A stretch of DNA of 64,000 bases, from the NCBI RefSeq assembly GCF_006345805.1, contig NC_043010.1:7130001-7194000 (forward strand). The letters run 5' to 3'. The position numbers were made by a program, and so were the translations under genes. Below are positions 22,767 to 36,404 of this stretch, in pieces. How positions within the stretch are numbered: the first letter of the stretch is position 1; the number at the start of each line of letters is the position of its first letter. Source of the DNA: Octopus sinensis (taxonomy: Eukaryota). The notes below the pieces were generated by a model. It saw only the letters and a list, made by a program, of their open reading frames with translations, searched no databases and was not told the DNA's origin.

Positions 22767-23859
22767 TCAGAACTTCAATTCAATTTTAGCATTAAGAAAC
22801 TAGATTTAAAATTCTTGATGTATTTTTGAGTATGTGCATATGTATGGAGGACTGCATGTGTCTATATCTTTGTGTGTATGTGTATGCATGTGTGTGATGT
22901 TTGTGTGTGTGTGTATGTGTATGTATGTGTGCACGTGTGTGTGTGTAAGTCTGTGTGTGTATAAGCCTGTGTGTGCATGCATGTGTCTCTGTTACTCTGT
23001 AATCCTGCATCTGTATTTTGAAAGCGATTAAAGTAAATACTTTGAGTTTCTACAAATGCCCTCAATACCATTGCTAGATCACAGTCACTAGATCACAGAA
23101 TGAAATCAAGAAGAAGAAACCTTTCTCTATTCTATGATTTTGTCGTTCCCTAAATATTACAGTAGAGTTATCTTTAAACTACCAAACCCTTAAGGAGCTC
23201 AACATTTAAAAACTGAAATTTAAAATCAGATGAAATTTCTACCTGTATTCTGCTTAAAAATTCACTTGAAGCCCAAACATCTGTCTTTTTATAAATATTC
23301 ATAAAACTCAGTGAATCATATTCTATTTTTAATTTTTTTAATTAAATTATTAACTTCTTTCCTTTATAACTCAACAGTATAATCATCAGCTTTTCAAAAT
23401 GTTAGCATGGGTTGATCTGATCTTCAAATCTTGGCATTTGTTTATAGTACAAAATAATATATAGTTACAGGATCACTTACAGTTCAAACTATTCAACCAG
23501 AAACAAGTTTAGTGCTAGTTTTTTTTACTCATCTCTTTATCTATTTAGAAGCAAAGTACAAGAGCATGTGCATATAAACAGCAAGCAAGTATTTGAGCCA
23601 TTTATCCGTTAATTGAGATGTTTATATTTTCATTTACATTTTGATGCTTTCCTTGAACTCATAATAAATTCAGACACGATGCTCAAAGAATTTAGTGTGA
23701 CTTAAGTACTAGCTCTTAATGTTTAGCATTAAAGTCATCTGTTAGCTAAGTTAAATTGTTTTCCTTGCTTTTGAAAAATGCATAGCTTTTCTAGCCAAAA
23801 AAAGACAAGAAAACAAAAGAAAGAAAAACCTTCTTTCTCTCCTCTTTTCAGACATATTT

Positions 23860-24150
23860 ATCATCATCATCATCATCATCATCGTTTAGCGTCCGCTTTC
23901 CATGCTAGCATGGGTTGGACGGTTCAACTGGGGTCTGGGAAGCCAGAAGGCTGCACCAGGCCCAGTTTGATCTGGCAATGTTTCTACGGCTGGATGCCCT
24001 TCCTAACGCCAACCACTCCATGAGTGTAGTAGGCGCTTTTTACGTGCCACCGGCACAGGTACCAGACGAGTCTGGCAAACGGCCACAATCGGATGGTGCC
24101 TTTTATGTGCCACCGGCACGGGGGCCAGGCGAGGCTGGCAATGATCATCT
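23860..24150 (-). mobile_element. RTE 3' tail fragment
   Basis: (cat)n-cgtttagcgtccgctttccatgctagcatggg... with two subrepeat units. Confidence 0.85.
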
Positions 24151-24298
24151 CCATGGATGAGTGAATCCATAAATACTCGAAACATATTCAGGAAACTTGA
24201 AGCCTTTGCTAGCAGAGAAAAATAAGGAATGTCTAATACCTCCAACATTAAAATAAAAATTTTGATGAAAACAATCTTTAATATTATTATTTTAATTT

Positions 24299-24528
24299 AA
24301 GCTGGCAGAATCATTAGCATGCCAGGGTAAGTGCTTAGTGGTATTTTATCCATCTTTGTATTCTGAGTTCAAATTCCACCAAGGCCAACTTGGCCTTTCA
24401 TCCTTTCAGAGTCAATAAAATTAGTATCAACTTACTACCTCCCACCATGCTGGCCTTGAGCGATTATTATTATTATTATTATTATTACTATTATTATTAC
24501 TATTATTATTATTATTATTATTATATTA

Positions 24529-24607
<79 letters not shown>

Positions 24608-24860
24608 CATTATTATCATTATTATTATTATTACAATTACTGTTATTGCCAAGGTGGTAAGCAGGTAGAATTGTTAGCATGTCGGGCAAAATGCTTTGTT
24701 GCCTTTTGTTTGTCTTTTGTTCAAATTCTGCTAAGATTGACTTTGCTTTTAATCCTTTTAGGATTGATAAAATAGGTACCAGTTAAGCACTGGGGTTAAT
24801 GTAATCGGCTACCTGCCTTCCCCAAAATTTCAGGCTTCCTTTATGCCTGTAGTAGAAAGG

Positions 24861-24906
<46 letters not shown>

Positions 24907-24937
24907 TAATAATAATATAATAATAATAATAATGATG

Positions 24938-24974
<37 letters not shown>

Positions 24975-25003
24975 TGATGATGATAATAATAATAATAATA
25001 ATG

Positions 25004-25035
<32 letters not shown>

Positions 25036-25127
25036 TATTATTATTATTATTATATTAATAATAATAATAATAGTAATAATAATAATAATAATGATAATAA
25101 TAATATAATAATAATAATATAATAATA

Positions 25128-25164
<37 letters not shown>

Positions 25165-25926
25165 TAATAATAATAATAATAATATTAATAATAATAGTAA
25201 TAATTATTATTATTATCATTATTATTATTATTATTATTATTAATATAATTATTATCACCACCACCATCACCATCATCATTATTGGTGGCTTGGCAGAATT
25301 GTTGGACAATTGAAGAAAATGCTTTGTATTAGAGGGATAAACTTTTCTATCCATCTTTCCAGGGTTGCTAAAAATAAGAACCACCAATCCAGGCAGTGAT
25401 GGAGTTGCTATAACTGACAGCTCATTCTTAATTGAATATATGGTCTTGTGCCTATCTAAGAAATCATCATCATTACTTTTATCATTATTATCATTGTTTG
25501 GAGGTAGTGAGCTGACATGGCTTTTAGAGTGGCAGACAAAATGCTTTGTAGTATTTCATCTGATTCATTATGTTACTAGTTCAAATTCAGCCAAGATTTT
25601 GATTTTGCCTTTTATCCATTCAGGGTCGATCAAATAAGTACCAGTTGAGCACTGGGATCGATGTAATTGATGAATCACCTGCCCTAGAATTCCAGGCCTT
25701 GTACCTAAAGATGAAAGGATTATTATAATAACTATTATTGTTATTATTCACCCAGACAAAATGGTCAGTTCAGTGGCATTTCGTCCGTCTTCACGTTCCA
25801 TCTTCACAATGCCTTTCATCCTATCAGGGTTGATAAAATTAGTATCAGTCAAGTAATAGCATGGATGTAATTTACTACCTACCACCCCTCAAAACTGCCA
25901 GCCTTGTGCCAAAATTTGAAACCCTA

Positions 25927-25980
<54 letters not shown>

Positions 25981-25997
25981 TATTATTATTATTATTA

Positions 25998-26071
<74 letters not shown>

Positions 26072-26382
26072 GTTATTATTATTATTATTATTCATTCTTA
26101 GGTAAACTAACTTAAAGAGTAACAGCTCCACACAAACTGCCTTGCTTGTGTATAGTTACATCCCAATATCTTATATTTTTACATATCTAATCCAACCAAG
26201 GTCAACTTTGCTTTTCATTCCTCAGGGGTTGATGAAAAAGTACCTGCAATATATATTAATGTAGGCTGATTTGATAAACTACCCCTCCTCCCTTAAATTT
26301 ATGGCATTTTGTCAAAGAAATATTGTCGCCGTCGTCGTCGGTCATTGTCATCATCATAATCATCATCATCATCATCATCTCC

Positions 26383-26428
<46 letters not shown>

Positions 26429-26460
26429 TATTATTGTTATTATTATTATCATTATTATTA
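24299..26460 (+). repeat. Array of about six decayed SINE B2 copies alternating with (TAT)n/(AAT)n tracts
   Basis: Copies at ~24299, 24651, 25283, 25497, 25750 and 26190, all plus strand, separated by trinucleotide microsatellites. Confidence 0.75.
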
Positions 26461-26689
26461 AAATAAATGTTTTATGATTAGGTATCGGAATTCTTGTTGA
26501 ATATGAACCCAGGAACACGATTTCACTCTCACTCATGCTTTGAGTGTTCCACATTGATCCATTAATTTGCTGTAAGCATGCTAATTGAAAAATATATGCA
26601 CATATAAAAACATTCACACATACACAGACAAACAGACAGAAAAACAGATAAATAGACAGATAAATAAATCAGTAGATAGATAAGTAGAT

Positions 26690-26755
<66 letters not shown>

Positions 26756-27904
26756 TATATCTATACAGACATGTACATATGTAAGTAGGTAGAATGGCAA
26801 ATAGATAGATAGATAGATAGATAAACTGATAGATAAATTGATATATTTTATATATACATATACATATAGGCACATATTTATATATATATATGTGTGTGTG
26901 AACACACACACACACACATATGAGCAGATATATAACTTCCCTGATTGACAGAGTGATAAAAACAAGTACAAAGAACAAGAAAGAGTACAGAAGAGAAAAA
27001 AACAGAAATAGAAATAAAAAATTGTGAAACTGATAGCTAAGTAAATTAATTGATAAATCAATAGATTGCATAGGATTTTTGATATTAACAAATTCTGTTT
27101 ATAATAAATAGTCACTAAATATATGTCCCTTTATTAGCTATGTTTTGTACTTCATTCTGAGTACTTTGTGTTATATGTAGTAAATTCAAGATACTGTCTC
27201 AGGAAAGATATTTCCTCGGCAACTCAACTTTCTTGTTTAATATTTTAAACCAGTGAAAGGGAAATCTTTTTCCGTGAAATGATTATCCAGCCCATTCCTT
27301 CCACATCGGAGACAGCTTATCATTAGGTTATGTTGAACTTTTGTTAAATAAATTATAAGGATATAGGTAGACAAACAGATCGATAGTAAGAAGAAACTAC
27401 ACACACACACACACAGAGAACAAAAAAAACAAATTGATATAAAGAGATTGATATAAAGAGAGAGAGAAAGAAAGAAAGAGAGAAGGACAGAGAGGAAAAG
27501 AGAGAGAGAGAGAGAAAGAGAGTAAAAAAAAACGAGGGAGAATGTATATGAATAGTAACATATATGGATAGATAGTCAGATGGATGGTCAAATGGATTAG
27601 CAGCTATATTGACAGATAGGTGGTTGGATGGATGTGTGGATGGGAGAGGGGAACATGAAATGGTAGGATAGATAGATGGTGGAATAGATGGATTGCTGAA
27701 AAGAGAAATAGATGGATGGAAGAATTAACGGACAAATTGGTATAAAAATAGATTTATATGAGGATAGATAAATAGTTTTATATATGTATACATACAAATA
27801 CAATTACACATATATATATATACATATATGTATATGTGTATATGTGTGTACATGTGTGCATGTGTATAATAATAGATTGATAGACAAACGGACAGAGAGA
27901 CAGA

Positions 27905-27919
27905 GACACAGACAGAGAA

Positions 27920-28008
<89 letters not shown>

Positions 28009-28031
28009 AAGATAGATAGGTAGATAGATAA

Positions 28032-28080
<49 letters not shown>

Positions 28081-28161
28081 AAGATAGATAGATAGGTAGA
28101 TAGATATATAGATAGATAGATAGGTAGATAGATAGGTAGATAGATAGATAGATAGATAGAC

Positions 28162-28221
<60 letters not shown>

Positions 28222-28228
28222 GGATAGG

Positions 28229-28301
<73 letters not shown>

Positions 28302-28308
28302 GGATAGG

Positions 28309-28340
<32 letters not shown>
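27905..28340. repeat. (GATA)n microsatellite, ~430 bp
   Basis: Direct reading; source of the 262-aa and 181-aa artefact ORFs. Confidence 0.95.
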
Positions 28341-28654
28341 GCTGGACAAATGAATTCTACAACTACAATCTTAGGGGCTATGAGTGTAGATATATTTAGA
28401 GTGAGAGATGGATAAATGGTTGAATGGGAACATGGATGGTTGGCTAAAATAGAATGATGGATAGTTAAAAGGTAGAAAGATAGATATATGGTTAATAGCT
28501 GTACAGCTAGCAATAAAGGCTAGCTATAGTAGTTGAATAGAAATGTATTTAAAGGGAGTAAAAAATGATGCCTATAAGGATTGCATTCATATGTTTCTGT
28601 GTGTGTATGTGTGTGTATGTGTGTGTGTGTATGTGTGTGCGTGTGCATGTAGAT

Positions 28655-28728
<74 letters not shown>

Positions 28729-30849
28729 GTACATATATATATATGCATGCATGTACATAAGACAATTGAATAAAGAAAGTGACATGTAAAAATGTATAGT
28801 GGTAGATATACAGATAGATATATGTTGATTAATTTAAGTGTTTAATTGATAGGTAGCTGGATTGATGAGTATATGGATTGATTGATAGATTGTTTTAGAT
28901 GAATCAGTTGATAAATATATAGAAAGAGAAATTAGATAGATTGAGAAAGAAAGAGGGAGAGAGAGTGAAAGGTAGAGAGTGACAGAGAGAGAGAGAGAGA
29001 GCAGTAGATATGATAAATAAAACAGTGATAGGATGTTATAGAAATAGTAGTGTATTAGGGAAAATGGTTATTTTTGAGTATAAAATGAAATAAATGTTGA
29101 GGGAATGTACTTCATAGGAGGTTAAAAATAATCAGTTTCTGATGCTTGTTTTAGATGTTACTCAAAGAAGTTAAAAAAAGATTGAAAATTCTCACAATAC
29201 TCAGCTGACTGGAGATGTCAGGTGAAGATTGGCAAAAAAGAAAAAATACCAAAGAAAAGTACTAAAAAGAATGAAAAGAAAGAAAGAAAAAGAAAGAGAG
29301 AGATAAAAAAAAAGAGAAAATGAAAGGAAAAGACATTCACTGCTAAGGACAAGTTGATAGCAGTAGAAAGTCAGAAAATAGTAGGAATGGTCAGTCCTGT
29401 TGGGGTTGATAACAATCATGGAACAAAAGGACGCTAAATAGATACCATTTTCAAATAGTGATAAGGAATTTCTCTGGATTTCTTTTTATGGAATGATGTG
29501 AAAAGGGACAATAATGCTAGGATATTTAATTAAATAACTTCTTAATTAATTAATTTGGTTTACTTTAAGACATCAAAAATATATCTAAAGGCACTGTTTA
29601 AGGGGAAAAATAGCATATATATGTATATCTAAATATGTATATATTTAAATAGGTATATATTTCCCTCTAAGAATTGCCAAATAGTAGATAATTGTTAAAG
29701 CTACATGAAAAGAATATAACAAAATTAAAAATGGAAAAAAAATCTTAATAAACAATAATAAAGTGATAGAAAATAATCTAAGAAAGAAAGAAAAAATAAG
29801 AAAAGTGTAAGAGAGGCAATATAAGAGAAAGAAGGATGAAGAGAGGGAGAGAGAGAGGGAGAGATAGAGGAAGGAAGTGAAAGAGAAAATGAGAAACAGG
29901 TGAAGAAAGTCAATCCATTTTACACATACTACTTCTAATTTATAATAAGGGACGGTGAACAAAACAAATTAATTTACATTGCAAACCAGTAAAGAGACAA
30001 CGACTAAATAGTCAAAATCTGACTGCAATCACCAACAACGAAGGTGATGGATGTAGTGTTATTTAAATTAAGGGAGAGAGAGGAAAAAAAAAAAAACCTA
30101 GTGGATAAAATCCATTAGCTCTACCTTTTTACAGGGTAGTTGAATGGGGAAAATTATATGACATCAAATTAGATAAGAGAAAGATAAGCATGGTCTAATC
30201 TCCCACCAGGATTAATCAATATAGAAAAGTGGTTAGAGTCAAGAAGTAAAAATTAGATTAGTTGAGACATTACCCATCTATGGAATACACCTGATTTGCC
30301 TTGAAATGGCAGCTATCATTGGACATTAGGCAGGAGATAATCTCCCTGATGCACTCCACTCTGCTTACTAACCTGCAATATTAGCCACTCCACACTAAAT
30401 ATCCTACACCATTTTTTCTGGATGTAAATAATTCAGTGTTCAGTTTGAATGATAAAATTTCAAAAATGATCCCTAGTGTATGTCACTTTTTTTATATTTA
30501 TATTTTAATGATTACATCTCTGTATGTATTATACCATTGTACAGTGACTTCTCTTGCTGTCACTCACTCACTCACTCCCTCTTTTCTCTCTTACTCCTCT
30601 TCTCTTTCTCTCTTGCATTCCTCTCACTGCATGGACACACGGATCTCTTCAATAATTTGTTTGTTGTTTTCTCATAGCAGAGCTGACTGACTGAGAGAGA
30701 GAGGGAGGGAGGGAGAAAGATAAATAGATAGATAAATAGATGCACAATGACACCATGTCATTCTGTTTTGTTGTTTTATAAAATGGACATGAAATCCATG
30801 AATAGGAAGAACTGAAAGAAAAAACAAGGAGAGCAAAAAGTCTACTTAC

Positions 30850-31010
30850 AGAGAGTGGTAAATCCTTTTCTCCTGTCTGTGAGGTGTGTAGTCTGCTGTC
30901 TGAGTTGTACAGTTACTGCTGCTGTTGTGTACGCTGCCAGTATTAGGTGGCTTGGTCTGTGTTGTTGTGGTAATGTGAGTGTGTGTGTGAGAGAGAAAGA
31001 GAGATAGATA
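30850..31010 (-). other. Candidate non-coding first exon of a minus-strand gene
   Basis: Consensus donor ctct|GTAAGTAG at 30849; no ATG in the exon; CAG/CA-rich leader; upstream limit approximate. Confidence 0.4.
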
Positions 31011-31084
31011 GAGAGACCGTGTGTGTGTGTGTCTGCAGTCCTACATCAAGTGTGTGCTGGGGGGGGGGTGTATAGAGGATGTCT

Positions 31085-31140
31085 GCTGCAGCCAATGACA
31101 TGCTGGTCCAGCAGAGCAGTAGGGGTAGGATTGGGAGCAC
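31085..31140. promoter_or_regulatory. Candidate proximal promoter with two opposed CCAAT boxes
   Basis: agCCAATga (31092-31096) and gATTGGg (31130-31134) in a locally GC-richer unique stretch upstream of the candidate first exon. Confidence 0.3.
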
Positions 31141-31616
31141 AGGGGTCAGGAAAAAGACCAAAAACGAAAAATGCTAATAAATATATATAAATGGAAGAAA
31201 ATAAAGTTTAAAAAACAAAACAAGCTCCAATATTCTAACACCTTCCTATATGTTAATTACTGGATGGAAAAAAAAGGGCCGACTTATTATTTTATGAAGA
31301 TATCATCAATAGATGATCCGTGTGATATCTTAAAACTATATCAGATCATGTTGCCTCTTATACAACATAAATAGAGACATTTAAAAATGCCCACATTACA
31401 TGAAAAAAAAAAAATTTAATCCTAGGAAAGAGCAAATTTTTATATTCATCTCCATCATAACAATGATATATTTACCATCCATTATACAAAGAATTAATAT
31501 TTTTTGTCATGTGTATGTACGTGTGTGTGTGTATATATATATACACAAATGTAAGCATATATATGTATATGCATATCTGTTTATCTATCTATCATATATA
31601 TATATATATATATATA

Positions 31617-31652
<36 letters not shown>

Positions 31653-32499
31653 GTATGTATGTAAATATATGTATGTATATGTATGTAAATATTTGTTTAT
31701 ATATATCTGTATCTGTGTGTATATATACATACATATACATACACACACATATATATATATATACACACACACATATATATATATACATACACACACACAT
31801 ACACACACATACATACATACATATATTTATATATACACACGCACATATATATGAATGTATGTGCATGTGAGTGTGTGTGTGTGCAGAGGTGTGTATGTGT
31901 GTGTGTGTGTGTGTGTGCACGTGTGTGTACGCGTGTGCGTGTGTGCGTGTGTGTGAATATATGAAAAGAATACTTCTAAGAAGACATAAGTTTTGATTTT
32001 TATTTCAACAATATTTTTTCATCCTCCCAACATTACCATCACCACCACCACCACCACCACCACCATCACCACTACCACCACTTTCTTATTTTGTTTTATT
32101 TCCATGAATGCAACTTTGTTCACAATTAGGGAAGACATGAAAATACTTCTGCCAACCCATCTCTCACCCACTTCTTTCGAAAAAAAAAATAATAATGAAG
32201 CTTTTATTCTAGCATAATCATGAGAAATGTCAATGTTTAAATAAATAAGAAAAGGAAAAAAGAAAATTAAAATGGTAAATCAATGATTGATAATAATGTA
32301 AAGCAATTACAGATTTTGGTTATTTTTTCTTTTTTTCCTTTCATAGTGATTACATTTTATGATTCTTGTTTGTCATATTATTTCACATTGTCAAAACACA
32401 GGGGCATGTGAGACAGTATTCACACAATGCGTGAGTAGGTATAGATATATATATATATATATATATACACATGCATACTTATGTACATACATAAATACA

Positions 32500-32535
<36 letters not shown>

Positions 32536-32583
32536 TATATACATATACATATATATATATATATTATATATATATATATACAT

Positions 32584-32642
<59 letters not shown>

Positions 32643-33253
32643 ATATATATACATATATAAATATTTATCATCATCATTATCATTATTGTTTAGCGTCTGT
32701 CTATATATATATATACATATACACGCATTATATATATTTATACACACAAACACACACACACATACACATATATAATAAATAATATCATTTCCAAATAAGT
32801 ATATATATATACGTATATATATATATATGTATATATAAGGGATAAATTATCGTGTCGGATGCCGAATTAAAACATAAGATGGTATAGATGCAGGTTATCC
32901 ACCACATTCGAATTACATAGTCCTCAAGTATAAACAGATACTGGTACTTATAAGCTCCACTTGTTGGGTAGTTCCTTGTTCCTATTCAAAACTGCAAATA
33001 TTCGGTAGAGTGTATAACTGAAAACGAAGAGGAGTGGGGAGATTTATTAACATCCAAAACTTTTTATTTAAAAAGTTTTCTACAGCATATGTAGCAATGA
33101 CCAAGGGTCCATCACTTACAACGTTTTCAAAGTGAACTGATTCAAACAAGCTTCCTGCGTTGGTATTCAGTTGAAAGCTCTAGCGTTACTTTTTAAATCA
33201 AATTGAATTCCGGTCTTATAATCACCTCTACAGGTATTACAGTTGAATTATCA

Positions 33254-33483
33254 GGCGGCGAGCTGGCAGAAACGTTAGCACGCCGGGCGAAATGCTTAGC
33301 GGTATTTTGTCTGCATTACGTTGTGAGTTCAAATTCCGCCGAGGTCGACTTTGCCTTTCATCCTTTCGGGGTCGATAAATTAAGTACCAGTTACGCACTG
33401 GGGTCGATGTAATCGACTTAATACCTATGTCTGTCCTTGTTTGTCCCCTCTGTGTTTAGCCCCTTGTGGGCAATAAAGAAATA
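33254..33483 (+). mobile_element. SINE B inserted in the left arm, with TSD
   Basis: 17-bp TSD aggtattacagttgaat (33232-33248, 33483-33499). Confidence 0.92.
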
Positions 33484-33792
33484 GGTATTACAGTTGAATC
33501 ATGGTTTATAAAATGCTCATTCATATTTCAGTCAAATGAAGCAGTTTTGTTTATATTTTATTGTATGTGGGGCATTATATATTCATAGGAAATTAATTTA
33601 TGTTTGGGTTAATACTCTCGATTAATACCATTATTGTTGTTATATAAACCACGACTCAACTGTAATACCAGTAGAGGTGATTATAAGACCGGAATTCAAT
33701 TTGATTTAAAAAGTAACACTATAAACTTCAACTGAATACCAATGCAGGAAGCTTGTTTGAATCAGGCCACTTTGAAAATGTCGTAAGTGGTG

Positions 33793-33877
33793 GACCCTCG
33801 ATGAAATTGCAGTGACTAGGATACATAATTGCCTACAGAGCAATGTGCAGTTGCTGCGATTGAAACATGTGTTGGTC
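33793..33877 (+). ncRNA. HHR-like motif with long stem II
   Basis: GACC-C-UCGAUGA-AAUUGCAG...CUGCGAUU-GAAAC-AUGU-GUU^-GGUC; 8-bp stem II. Confidence 0.5.
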
Positions 33878-33975
33878 ATTGTTACGTATGCTGTAGAAAA
33901 CATTTTAAATAAAAAATTTTGGATGTGAATAAATCTCCACTCTCCCTTTCATTTTCACTTATATATATATATTTT

Positions 33976-34108
33976 ATTTCTTTATTGCCCACAAGGGGCT
34001 ATACATAGAGGAGACAAACAAAGACAAAGGGATTAAGTCGATTACATCGACCCCAGTGCGTAACTGGTACTTAATTTATCGACCCCGAAAGGATGAAAGG
34101 CAAAGTCG
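33976..34108 (-). mobile_element. 5'-truncated SINE B
   Basis: 3' half of family B, reverse complemented. Confidence 0.85.
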
Positions 34109-34124
34109 TGTGTGTGTATAATTG

Positions 34125-34248
34125 CAGCATGGAAGGTGTTTATAAGCCATTTTAAGACACAAAACCATTAGATTCACTTCAACATTTAAATTTGAATAGT
34201 TTTGTTGCTTTGAAACCACATCCTGTTCACTGACAAAATTCCATGCTG
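34125..34248. mobile_element. Small MITE with 10-bp TIR
   Basis: cagcatggaa...ttccatgctg; a second copy is split by the CR1 LINE (42117-42170 plus 43800-43864). Confidence 0.65.
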
Positions 34249-34498
34249 TATATATATATATACATATATATACACACACACATATATGAATGTGTGTGTG
34301 TGTGTGTGTATTTCATACATTTACACACACACACTTGAGAATGCCCCCATCACTCACCAGGAGTCCATACAGGCCAATACTGCCGCTAGGAAAAGCTACA
34401 CATAATGCAACAGCCTGAAGTATCCGACAACTGGAGAACTGGACCCGTTATTTTGTTGTCATTAGAGAAACACACTGTTAATAAACTTCAAAACACTC

Positions 34499-34876
34499 AA
34501 CCACATGGTTCCGGGTTCAGTCCCACTGCATGGCATCTTGGGCAAGTGTCTTCTGCTATAGCCCCGGGCCGACCAATGCCTTGTGAGTGGATTTGGTAGA
34601 CGGAAACTGAAAGAAGCCTGTCGTATATATGTATATGTATATATATATGTATGTGTGTGTTTGTGTGTCTGTGTTTGTCCCCCTAGCATTGCTTGACAAC
34701 CGATGCTGGTGTGTTTACATCCCCGGTACACTTAGCAGTTCGGCAAAAGAGCGACCGATAGAATAAGTACTGGGCTTACAAAAGAATAAGTCCCTGGGTC
34801 GATTTGCTCGACTAAAGGCGGTGCTCCAGCATGGCCGCAGTCAAATGACTGAAACAAGTGAAAGAGTAAAAGAGTA
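34499..34876 (+). mobile_element. Slightly 5'-truncated young SINE A
   Basis: Family A sequence from aaccacatggttccggg to the tail. Confidence 0.9.
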
Positions 34877-34929
34877 ATACTCCAAACCGATCATCCATCT
34901 TTTACTCCTGCTGGCCTGCATGCGAATGT

Positions 34930-35170
34930 AGGGTAGGCAATCCCTGTTTCCTCTTAGCCAGATTATTCCCCTTGCACTGACCACAAGCACTGCCTACCAT
35001 TGCTTATTACCCATCGACACAAACAACTACAAGATATACTAATTTGTAATTTGACCTAACTACTCTGTTAACCTTGCTATATGGAACAGTAGCAGCAGCA
35101 GCAGGCCTCTATCTGCATCTGCTGTCGCTGACCTGCCGAATCCTGCGTGCAGTAGATCAGCTGGTGTTGC
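34930..35170 (-). pseudogene. Decayed Cys-rich (CXC/Cys8) C-terminus of a DNA-transposon protein, possibly Academ-type
   Basis: Frameshifted minus-strand peptides [27 protein letters not shown] resemble the xIRCxCK..CSC..NGxxC..ACGxCxG motif. Confidence 0.35.
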
Positions 35171-35387
35171 TGACATACACATGTATACATACATATACAT
35201 ATATATGTGTATACATACATACATACATACATACATATATGGATTCATACATATGTATACATATATATGTGTATACCTACATACATACATATATGGATTC
35301 ATACATATATATATGTATACATACATACATATATGTATACATACATACATATGTACAAACATACATACATATATATATGTGTATACA

Positions 35388-35420
<33 letters not shown>

Positions 35421-35551
35421 GGATTCATACATACATATATGCATACATACATACATATATGTATACATACATACATACATACATCCATACATACATACAT
35501 ACATACATAAATACATATATGGATTCATACATACATATATGTATACGTACA

Positions 35552-35583
<32 letters not shown>

Positions 35584-36049
35584 CATAAATACACCATCAT
35601 CATCATTATCATTATCATCATCACAATCATTATCGGCATTATTGTCCATTTTTCTATATTTACATGGACGAGATGGAGGTTATTGAGGCAGACAGTCTAC
35701 AACTTGATGTCCTTCCTGATGCCAACTCTTATGTTTCCAAGCAATTAATATTTTCCCATAATCAGAGTTAATTTTACAAAATATTGGAAAAAAAAAGAAT
35801 ATTCATTTAAAATCACACAGTGTCAGGACACAGAGATCCAAACATACATGGAACCCCCCCACACACACACACTTACACTTACACATATATACATGCATAC
35901 ACATATTGATTTAAATCTGTATATACAACAAACTTCTTTTTTTAGTTTTCCCCCACCCCCTGCAGAAACCACTCAAAAGCTTTGGCCAGAAGATGCTCGA
36001 ATCTGAGGCCACACCTGCATCTACTTCATACCACACAGCTACACCTGCA

Positions 36050-36134
<85 letters not shown>

Positions 36135-36135
36135 G

Positions 36136-36167
<32 letters not shown>

Positions 36168-36404
36168 ATAAATTAATAAATAAAACATATGCATATATAC
36201 ATATATGTACGTACCTACCTCTACATGTATATATACACGCATATATGAGTACAGGACACCAAAAAAAACGTCGAACACAATGAGAAACGAAAACAAACAC
36301 AAAACCAAGGAACTGGACATTTTTCTTAAACAACAAAAAAATAGAGTACAGGACAAATAACACAAGGAAAATTCCCCTTCTTCAGTCGCCATGGTTTCAT
36401 ATCA

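Larger units (their letters stand above)
32840..33965. mobile_element. Large inverted-repeat Penelope-like element (arms ~33013-33512 and 33640-33963), between (TA)n tracts
   Basis: e.g. ggagatttattaacatccaaaa / ttttggatgtgaataaatctcc and gaattccggtcttataatcacctctac / gtagaggtgattataagaccggaattc. Confidence 0.85.

Noticed and set aside
24152-24192. GGAUGAGU...ACUCGAAACAU
   Set aside because: Stem II-like pairing only; no stem I or stem III, and it sits at an RTE junction.
36370-36400. Minus-strand GAAAC-CAUG-GCGA-CUGAAGA in a repeat also seen near 8200-8290
   Set aside because: Core halves are in permuted order with no room for stem I and are truncated by an RTE tail; cannot be folded as an HHR.
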